This document shows positions 57,087 to 64,000 of a DNA stretch of 64,000 nt, piece after piece. Where the stretch lies: NCBI GenBank assembly GCA_051881635.1, contig JBJEQG010000057.1, forward strand, positions 1,695 through 65,694. Reading direction: 5' to 3'. A program made the translations under genes and the position numbers. The stretch is from Acutalibacteraceae bacterium. GTDB taxonomy: Bacteria > Bacillota > Clostridia > Oscillospirales > Acutalibacteraceae. The notes below the pieces were generated by a model. That model did not search any database. It saw only the letters and a list, made by a program, of their open reading frames with translations, and was not told the DNA's origin. Positions within the stretch are counted from its first letter, which is position 1. Every line of letters starts with the position of its first letter.

Positions 57087-57115
57087 ATTATATCATACAA
57101 TATGTTCTTTGTCAA
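57087..57115 (-). promoter_or_regulatory. Perfect consensus sigma-A promoter (TTGACA-17-TATAAT) for the ATPase leader
   Basis: The minus strand reads TTGACA aagaacatattgtatga TATAAT. Confidence 0.8.
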
Positions 57116-57243
57116 GATGTAATTCTGTGTTTTCAGAAATTCCGATATATTTTTTAAAATAAAGCCATATATAATAGAGTATGCCATAAATTCAAAAAAT
57201 AGAAAACTTTTTAATGATATATTGGTATGAGGTGAGGAAAGGC

Positions 57244-58053
57244 GTGCATATTTCCGGTCATATAAAGAATATTTTAAAAGGAGCAGTAATCGGTTCTTCA
57301 ATGCTTATTCCGGGACTCAGCGGCGGCACAACCGCCATTGTTTTGAATATCTATGATAAATTACTTAAAGCAGTCGGGGACTTGTTCAGCAATTTAAAGA
57401 AAAATCTTTTGTTTTTGTTTCAAGTAGCTTTGGGTGGTATTGTTGGTATGCTTTTGTTTTCAAAGCTGATTTTGGCGTTGACGGAGCGTTATACGGAACC
57501 GATGATGTTTTTGTTCATCGGTGTGGTTTTGGGCAGTTTGCCACCGCTGTTTCGTAAGGCGGAACTGAAAAAAGGGCATAGGCTGGCGGTGCTGTGGATT
57601 GTTCCGGGAGCGTTGTTGTCGCTTTCCCTGAATTTTATTCCGCAAAATCTTTTGACGGATACGCAGGGAGTCAGCGGTTTTCTGTTTTCCGTTTTATGCG
57701 GTGTGGTTATTGCAGTTGCATTGATTTTGCCGGGAATCAGTACATCACACATTTTACTGCTTTTGGGAATGTATGAGCGTGTATGTCAGGCGTTGGGTGA
57801 TTTAGACTTTTTGTTTCTCATGCCGATTTTGATTGGTTGTGTTATTGGCACATTAACACTGACACGCCTGTTGTCATTTTTGTTGGAGCGTTTCGGTTCA
57901 GTTGCATATTGCCTTATTATTGGTTTTGTTGTCGGTTCAATAGGAGAAATGATACCTGATATACCGCCGCCACCCTTGATATGGGTTTGTTTTCTCAGCT
58001 TTGTTTTGGGTTTGACAGGCGTTTATTTTCTTGGAAAGCATATTCAGGAATAA
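57244..58053 (+). CDS. DUF368 family membrane protein (family linked to undecaprenyl-phosphate translocation)
   Basis: Polytopic protein with the LIPGLSGGT and ILPGISTSHILL repeated motif pair. GTG at 57244 follows GAGGTGAGGAAAG. Confidence 0.75.
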   Translation: MHISGHIKNILKGAVIGSSMLIPGLSGGTTAIVLNIYDKLLKAVGDLFSNLKKNLLFLFQVALGGIVGMLLFSKLILALTERYTEPMMFLFIGVVLGSLPPLFRKAELKKGHRLAVLWIVPGALLSLSLNFIPQNLLTDTQGVSGFLFSVLCGVVIAVALILPGISTSHILLLLGMYERVCQALGDLDFLFLMPILIGCVIGTLTLTRLLSFLLERFGSVAYCLIIGFVVGSIGEMIPDIPPPPLIWVCFLSFVLGLTGVYFLGKHIQE

Positions 58054-58269
58054 ACCTAAAAATATTTTTCAAAGATTTGTATCTATCGTACAATTCGCAC
58101 AATCGACTTGCAACAAAAAATATTTTTCCTGCAAAAACATACTTTTTTAAAAAAAATATTTTAAAATTGGAATTGTTTTTGCAATTTGGAACATTTTTGT
58201 TGCAAAAATCTATTGACAAAATACAGTCTGTATGATAAAGTTATTGTCGAGATGAATAACGGGAACAAT

Positions 58270-58342
58270 GGCGTTTACCGGACAGAGTATGAAAAACTCC
58301 AAGGGGTCTTTCTGCCTGTCCGTCAGGTAGACGCCTTTTTTT
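58270..58342 (+). terminator. Long imperfect hairpin + U7 in the gltB leader (attenuator candidate)
   Basis: Outer stem GGCGUUUACCGGACAG ... CUGUCC-GUCA-GGUAGACGCC encloses the inner stem GAAAAACUC/GGGUCUUUC, followed by TTTTTTT. It ends ~35 nt before the gltB ATG. Confidence 0.6.
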
Positions 58343-58378
58343 CTGGATTTTATGAAAAGTAAAGGAGAAGTGTTGCTG

Positions 58379-61300
58379 ATGGATAATTTTAAAAATCAGG
58401 AACCGTTTGCAAAACAAGGATTATATGATCCTCAGTTTGAGCATGATAACTGTGGTATAGGCTCTGTGGTCAATATCAGCGGCATAAAGTCACGACAGGT
58501 TGTCGATAATGCTTTGAGTATCGTTGAAACATTGGAACATCGTGCCGGTAAAGATGCCGAAGGTAAAACAGGCGACGGTGTCGGTATTCTTTTACAGGTA
58601 TCACATGAATTTTTCAAGCCTGTTACGGCTGAGCTCGGCATGGATATAGGTGAGGAAAGAGATTACGGTGTTGGTATGTTCTTTTTCCCGCAGGACGAGT
58701 TCAAAAGAAAACAAGCAATGAAAATGTTTGAAATTATCATAAAAAAGGAAAACATGGCATTTATCGGTTGGAGAACTGTTCCAATCAATCCGTCTGTTAT
58801 CGGTCAAAAGGCTTTGGACAGTATGCCATATATTATGCAGGGCTTTGTAAAGCGTCCGCAAAATGTTGCCAAAGGCTTGGATTTCGACAGAAAACTTTAT
58901 ATTGCCCGCCGTGTTTTTGAACAGAGTAATGATAATACCTATGTTGTTTCTTTGTCCAGCCGTACAATCGTTTATAAAGGTATGTTCCTCGTTAAAGAGT
59001 TGAGAAAATTCTTCTATGACTTGCAGGACGAGCGTTTTACCTCAGCGATTGCAACCGTGCATAGCCGTTTCAGTACAAATACAAATCCGAGTTGGCAGAA
59101 AGCACACCCGAACCGTATTATTGTTCATAACGGCGAAATCAATACAATTACAGGTAATGCCGACAGAATGTTGGCTCGTGAGGAGTCTGTTTCCTGTGCG
59201 GCACTCAATGATGATTTGGATAAAATTTTCCCGATTGTCGAGCCGAACGGTTCTGACTCTGCCCGTTTGGACAATGCCCTTGAATTTATGATGATGGCAG
59301 GTATGCCTTTGCCGCAGGCTGTCATGATTACAATTCCCGAACCTTGGAAAAACAACCGTACAATCTCCGACAAGCGTAGAGATTTCTATCAATATTATGC
59401 GACAATGATGGAGCCGTGGGACGGTCCGGCGTCCATTATTTTCTCTGACGGTGACATCATGGGTGCAGTTCTTGACCGTAATGGTTTAAGACCTTCCCGC
59501 TATTATATCACAACAGACGGCTTTTTGATTTTGTCCTCTGAGGTCGGCTGTATTGATATTCCGCCGGAAAAAATCCTTGTAAAGGAGCGTCTGCGTCCGG
59601 GCAAGATGTTGTTGGTTGATACCGTTAAGGGTGCATTGATTGACGATAATGACCTGAAAGAGTATTATGCCACAAGACAGCCTTACGGTGAGTGGCTGGA
59701 CCAAAATCTGGTATTCCTCAAAGACCTGCATATTCCGAACAAAAATGTTGTTCATTTCTCAAAAGAACAGCTTGTTCGTCTGCAAAAGGCGTTTGGTTAT
59801 ACCTATGAGCAAATTCGCACAAGTATTTTGCCTATGGCAAGAACAGGTGCGGAACCGATTGCCGCTATGGGTGTTGATACACCGATACCGCCGCTTTCCC
59901 ATGCTAATTATCCGTTGTTTAACTACTTTAAACAGCGTTTCGCACAGGTTACAAATCCGCCTTTTGACGCAATCCGTGAGGAAATTGTAACTGATACCTG
60001 TGTGCATATCGGTGCAGACGGCAATATTCTCGAAGAAAAACCTGAGAACTGCCATGTTCTGAAAATCAACAATCCGATTTTGACCAATACGGATATGCTG
60101 AAAATCAAAAATCTGAACATTCCCGGCTTAAAGACAGCCGTTTTGCCAATTACCTATTATAAGGGAACAAGCCTTGACAAAGCGATTGAGCATTTGTTCT
60201 TCAAGGCAGATAAGGCATATAAAGAGGGAGCGAATATTCTCATTCTCTCTGACCGTGATGTAGACGAATACCATATTGCTATCCCGTCTTTGCTTGCTGT
60301 TTCCGCATTACAGCAGCATTTGGTATCAACAAAGAAAAGAACTTCCGTATCCATGATTTTGGAAAGTGCCGAGCCGTGTGAAGTCCACCATTTTGCAACA
60401 TTGTTGGGTTATGGTGTTTGTGCAATCAACCCGTACTTGGCATTGGAAACAATCCGTGATTTGGTAGACACAGGAGCATTGGATAAGGATTATTATGCAG
60501 CGGAAAATGACTACAATGCCTCCGTTCTGCATGGTATCACAAAGATTGCCTCCAAAATGGGTATCTCCACAATCCAATCCTATTTGGGTTCAAAGATTTT
60601 CGAGGCTATCGGTATTTCAAAAGAAGTTATCGACAAATACTTTACAAATACAGTCAGCCGTATCGGTGGTATAACATTGGAGGATATTGCCAACCGCTCA
60701 CAAAAACTCCATGCAGCCGCATTTGACCCGTTGGATTTAGATGTTTTGCTTGAAGTTGAAAGTTCAGGCAGTCATAAACTCCGCAGCGGCAAAGAGGAAC
60801 ACCTCTATAACCCCGAAACAATTCATTTGCTCCAAGAGTCCACAAGAACAGGCAACTATGAATTATTCAAGCAGTATTCGGCAGCTTTGAATAAAGAAAA
60901 TATGCATATGAATCTCCGCAGCCTTATGGAGTTTAATTTCCCTGAGGACGGTGGTATTCCGATTGATGAGGTAGAAAGTGTCGAGAGTATTTGCCACCGT
61001 TTCAAAACCGGTGCGATGTCTTACGGTTCAATCTCACAGGAAGCCCATGAAACTATGGCAATCGCCATGAATATGATTGGCGGTAAATCCAACTCAGGTG
61101 AGGGCGGCGAAGATGTTGAGCGTTTGACAATCGGCAAAGACGGTTTGAACCGTTGTTCCGCAATCAAACAGGTTGCGTCGGGGCGTTTCGGCGTTACTTC
61201 CGAATATCTTGTCAGTGCACAGGAAATTCAGATTAAAATGGCACAGGGTGCAAAACCGGGTGAAGGTGGACATTTGCCGTCCAAAAAGGTTTATCCGTGG

Positions 61301-62941
61301 GTTGCAAAAACAAGACATTCCACACCGGGTGTAGGCTTGATTTCGCCACCACCGCACCATGACATTTATTCCATTGAGGACCTTGCACAGTTGATTTATG
61401 ACTTGAAGAATGCAAACAAGAATGCAAGAATTTCCGTAAAGCTGGTTTCCGAGGCAGGCGTTGGTACGGTTGCCGCCGGTGTTGCCAAAGCAGGTGCAGG
61501 TGTTATTTTGATTTCAGGTTATGACGGCGGTACAGGTGCTGCTCCGAGAACATCTATCTATAATGCCGGTTTGCCATGGGAGTTGGGTTTGGCAGAAACA
61601 CACCAAACTTTGATTATGAACGGTTTGCGTTCAAAGGTTGTTATCGAAACAGACGGTAAGCTGATGACGGGACGAGATGTTGTTATTGCGGCTTTGTTGG
61701 GTGCTGAGGAATTTGGTTTCGCAACCGCTCCGCTGGTAACAATGGGTTGTGTTATGATGCGTGTCTGCAACTTGGATACCTGTCCTGTCGGTATCGCAAC
61801 ACAGAACCCTGAACTCCGCAAGAGATTTAAGGGTAAGCCCGAATATGTTGTAAACTTCATGCATTTTATTGCACAGGAACTCAGAGAGTATATGGCTCGT
61901 TTGGGTATCCGTACTGTTAATGAACTTGTCGGTCGTTCCGATTTACTCAAAGTGAAAACCTTTGAGTCCGGCAGTCTTGAATCAAAGATTGACCTTTCAA
62001 ATATTCTCAGCAATCCGTATGCGAACACCGATACCGCAAGAACTTACAATCCGTCCGATGCTTATGATTTTGAGCTTGACAAAACCGTTGACGAGAGAAT
62101 TATCTTAAAGAAAATGGCACCTGCACTCAAAAACAAGACCAAAAAGAGCATTGAGATTGATGTTACAAATACAGACCGTTCTGTCGGCACAATTTTCGGT
62201 TCAGAGATTACCCGCAGATACCATGACGATACACTTGAAGATGATTTCTATTATATCAAGTGTAACGGTGCAGGCGGACAAAGTTTCGGTGCTTTCATTC
62301 CAAAAGGTTTGACGCTTGAACTTGAAGGCGACAGCAACGACTATTTCGGCAAAGGTTTGTCGGGCGGTCATTTAATTGTTTATCCGCCGAAAGGTTCAAC
62401 CTTTAAGCGTGACGAGAACATCATTATCGGTAATGTTGCCCTTTACGGTGCGACAAGCGGTAAGGCATTCATCAGCGGTGTTGCAGGTGAGCGTTTCTGT
62501 GTCAGAAACTCAGGTGCTATTGCGGTTGTTGAGGGTGTCGGTGACCATGGCTGTGAATATATGACAGGTGGTCGTGTTGTTGTTCTCGGAAAAACAGGAA
62601 AGAACTTTGCCGCAGGTATGAGTGGCGGTATCGCCTATGTATTGGACGAGGATTCCGACTTGTACCTGAAACTGAACAAGGAACTTGTTTCCGTCAGTGG
62701 TGTTACAGATAAATATGATGTTGTCGAATTAAAGGACATCATTACAGAGCATGTTCGTTTGACAGGCTCACCAAAGGGACAGGAAATTCTTGATAACTTT
62801 GAGGCTTATCTGCCGAAGTTCAAGAAGATTCTGCCGTATGATTACGCAAAAATGCTTCATGCGATTTTGGCTATGGAAGAAAAGGGCATGAGTCCGGAAC
62901 AGGCAAAAATTGAAGCATTCTATGCTACTATGAGAAAGTAA
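58379..62941 (+). CDS. gltB: Glutamate synthase large subunit
   Basis: The N-terminal amidotransferase Cys follows the propeptide (HDNCGIG). FMN and Fe-S domain motifs are present (GEGGE, PPPHHDIYSIEDL, CxxxxxC...C), plus the C-terminal GXGXG beta-helix domain. AAAGGAG RBS precedes the ATG at 58379. Confidence 0.96.
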   Translation: MDNFKNQEPFAKQGLYDPQFEHDNCGIGSVVNISGIKSRQVVDNALSIVETLEHRAGKDAEGKTGDGVGILLQVSHEFFKPVTAELGMDIGEERDYGVGMFFFPQDEFKRKQAMKMFEIIIKKENMAFIGWRTVPINPSVIGQKALDSMPYIMQGFVKRPQNVAKGLDFDRKLYIARRVFEQSNDNTYVVSLSSRTIVYKGMFLVKELRKFFYDLQDERFTSAIATVHSRFSTNTNPSWQKAHPNRIIVHNGEINTITGNADRMLAREESVSCAALNDDLDKIFPIVEPNGSDSARLDNALEFMMMAGMPLPQAVMITIPEPWKNNRTISDKRRDFYQYYATMMEPWDGPASIIFSDGDIMGAVLDRNGLRPSRYYITTDGFLILSSEVGCIDIPPEKILVKERLRPGKMLLVDTVKGALIDDNDLKEYYATRQPYGEWLDQNLVFLKDLHIPNKNVVHFSKEQLVRLQKAFGYTYEQIRTSILPMARTGAEPIAAMGVDTPIPPLSHANYPLFNYFKQRFAQVTNPPFDAIREEIVTDTCVHIGADGNILEEKPENCHVLKINNPILTNTDMLKIKNLNIPGLKTAVLPITYYKGTSLDKAIEHLFFKADKAYKEGANILILSDRDVDEYHIAIPSLLAVSALQQHLVSTKKRTSVSMILESAEPCEVHHFATLLGYGVCAINPYLALETIRDLVDTGALDKDYYAAENDYNASVLHGITKIASKMGISTIQSYLGSKIFEAIGISKEVIDKYFTNTVSRIGGITLEDIANRSQKLHAAAFDPLDLDVLLEVESSGSHKLRSGKEEHLYNPETIHLLQESTRTGNYELFKQYSAALNKENMHMNLRSLMEFNFPEDGGIPIDEVESVESICHRFKTGAMSYGSISQEAHETMAIAMNMIGGKSNSGEGGEDVERLTIGKDGLNRCSAIKQVASGRFGVTSEYLVSAQEIQIKMAQGAKPGEGGHLPSKKVYPWVAKTRHSTPGVGLISPPPHHDIYSIEDLAQLIYDLKNANKNARISVKLVSEAGVGTVAAGVAKAGAGVILISGYDGGTGAAPRTSIYNAGLPWELGLAETHQTLIMNGLRSKVVIETDGKLMTGRDVVIAALLGAEEFGFATAPLVTMGCVMMRVCNLDTCPVGIATQNPELRKRFKGKPEYVVNFMHFIAQELREYMARLGIRTVNELVGRSDLLKVKTFESGSLESKIDLSNILSNPYANTDTARTYNPSDAYDFELDKTVDERIILKKMAPALKNKTKKSIEIDVTNTDRSVGTIFGSEITRRYHDDTLEDDFYYIKCNGAGGQSFGAFIPKGLTLELEGDSNDYFGKGLSGGHLIVYPPKGSTFKRDENIIIGNVALYGATSGKAFISGVAGERFCVRNSGAIAVVEGVGDHGCEYMTGGRVVVLGKTGKNFAAGMSGGIAYVLDEDSDLYLKLNKELVSVSGVTDKYDVVELKDIITEHVRLTGSPKGQEILDNFEAYLPKFKKILPYDYAKMLHAILAMEEKGMSPEQAKIEAFYATMRK

Positions 62942-62954
62942 GGAGGCGGACGAA

Positions 62955-64000
62955 ATGGGTAAACCAACAGGTTTTATGGACTATGAAAGAAAAGAAAACC
63001 AAGGGACTTCACCTTTGGAGCGTATAAAACATTTTAACGAATTTCACGAACCCATGCAGCCGGAGGAAAGACGCAAACAGGCCGCCCGCTGTATGGACTG
63101 CGGTGTACCGTTCTGTCAGAACGGCCGTCCGATAATGGGTATGGTTTCGGGCTGTCCGCTGAATAATCTCATTCCCGAATGGAATGATTTGATTTTTACG
63201 GGCGAGAGCGATGCCGCCGCTCACAGATTGTTTATTACAAATAACTTCCCCGAATTTACTTCCCGTGTATGTCCCGCATTGTGCGAAAAAGCGTGTACCT
63301 GCGGATTGAACGGTAATGCCGTTACCGTAAAGGAGAACGAACATTTTATTGTTGAAAATGCCTTTGCGTCAGGTATGATGCAACCGACACCGCCGACAGT
63401 CAGAACAGGCAAAAAGGTTGCCGTTGTTGGTTCAGGTCCGGCAGGTTTGGCTTGTGCCGCACAGTTAAACAAAAGAGGTCATCTTGTTACCGTATTTGAA
63501 AAAGACGACCGTGTTGGCGGTTTGTTGATGTACGGTATTCCGAATATGAAACTTGAAAAGAACATTGTTGACCGCCGTGTTAAACTTATGGAGGCGGAGG
63601 GTGTTCGTTTTGTAACCGATGCCAATGTCGGACAGGGTGTTGACCCTCAGCATATTCTCAATGACTTTGATGCCGTTGTTTTATGTTGTGGTGCGGGCAA
63701 TCCCCGTGATATTAAAGCGGAGGGCAGAGATGCCAACGGTATTTATTTTGCCGTTGACTTCCTCAAATCCACAACAAAGAGCCTTTTGAATTCCAATTTG
63801 GCGGACGGTAACTTTATTTCCGCAAAAGATAAGAATGTTGTTGTTATCGGCGGCGGTGATACAGGTAATGACTGTGTCGGTACTTCAATCCGTCATGGCT
63901 GTAAATCTGTCATTCAACTTGAAATGATGCCAAAATTGCCCGATACCCGTGCCGAGAATAACCCATGGCCCGAATGGCCGAGAGTCTGCAAGACAGATTA
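62955..64000 (+). CDS. gltD: Glutamate synthase small subunit (NADPH-dependent), 3' end beyond the window
   Basis: AGGAGG RBS; MGKPTGFMDYERK start, CMDCGVPFC and CPLNNLIPEWN Fe-S motifs, VAVVGSGPAGLA dinucleotide fold. The frame is open to the window end, so it is absent from the ORF track. Confidence 0.93.
   Translation, partial: MGKPTGFMDYERKENQGTSPLERIKHFNEFHEPMQPEERRKQAARCMDCGVPFCQNGRPIMGMVSGCPLNNLIPEWNDLIFTGESDAAAHRLFITNNFPEFTSRVCPALCEKACTCGLNGNAVTVKENEHFIVENAFASGMMQPTPPTVRTGKKVAVVGSGPAGLACAAQLNKRGHLVTVFEKDDRVGGLLMYGIPNMKLEKNIVDRRVKLMEAEGVRFVTDANVGQGVDPQHILNDFDAVVLCCGAGNPRDIKAEGRDANGIYFAVDFLKSTTKSLLNSNLADGNFISAKDKNVVVIGGGDTGNDCVGTSIRHGCKSVIQLEMMPKLPDTRAENNPWPEWPRVCKTD

Noticed and set aside
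58076-58100. TnrA/GlnR-type box (TGTNAN7TNACA) near TGTATCTATCGTACA upstream of gltB.
   Set aside because: The spacing between the TGT and ACA arms is 9 nt rather than the 11 nt required by the consensus, so it does not fit.
1-64000. Search for CRISPR arrays, tRNA/rRNA genes, transposases/integrases and long direct repeats.
   Set aside because: No regularly spaced repeats, cloverleaf-like intergenic sequences, or recombinase/transposase motifs were seen by eye. Every intergenic region longer than 100 nt was inspected and explained by promoters, terminators or the leaders listed above. A computational repeat or tRNA scan would be needed to be certain.

Overview
This 64-kb window looks like chromosomal DNA from a low-GC, spore-forming Firmicute of the class Clostridia. 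The taxon is inferred from gene content (ylbJ/yqfC/yqfD sporulation genes, an ECF transporter module, a sepF-divIVA division cluster) and from Gram-positive style AGGAGG ribosome-binding sites. All calls come from reading the supplied ORF translations and the raw sequence. No database or covariance-model search was run.

Layout:
- 1-37.4 kb is a near-continuous plus-strand run of housekeeping genes: yqfC/yqfD, ruvC-nitroreductase-ruvA-ruvB, glmM, ecfA-ecfA-ecfT-truA, dnaE, pfkA, corA, udp-like, miaA, lgt, yggS-sepF-divIVA-ileS-lspA-rluD, a two-component system, and csoR-copA.
- 37.5-50.1 kb looks accessory and is visibly more A+T-rich. It holds a TetR regulator, a LytTR/DUF3021/ABC-2 export module, a stand-alone 1590-aa protein fusing a DnaQ-like exonuclease module, a RecQ-like helicase core and a UvrD-like helicase, a GNAT, a CD3324/Mor-like small HTH protein, an EamA transporter, and a TPR-SUFU-DUF2185(Imm33-like) fusion.
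- 50.2-56.9 kb is a minus-strand block: amidohydrolase, nrdR, TIM-barrel isomerase, coaX, mscS-family channel, P-type ATPase.
- The window ends with a DUF368 gene and gltB-gltD.

I recognised no rRNA, tRNA, CRISPR array, transposase or integrase.

Best candidate for something undescribed: the single-gene Exo-RecQ-UvrD fusion at 41269-46041.

Secondary leads:
- a riboswitch-like terminator/antiterminator leader upstream of the P-type ATPase
- a long attenuator hairpin upstream of gltB
- a promoter-plus-terminator unit that could encode a ~100-nt sRNA (52.4-52.5 kb)
- an apparent copA-copZ in-frame fusion that keeps an internal Shine-Dalgarno
- an orphan double immunity-domain protein driven by a perfect consensus promoter
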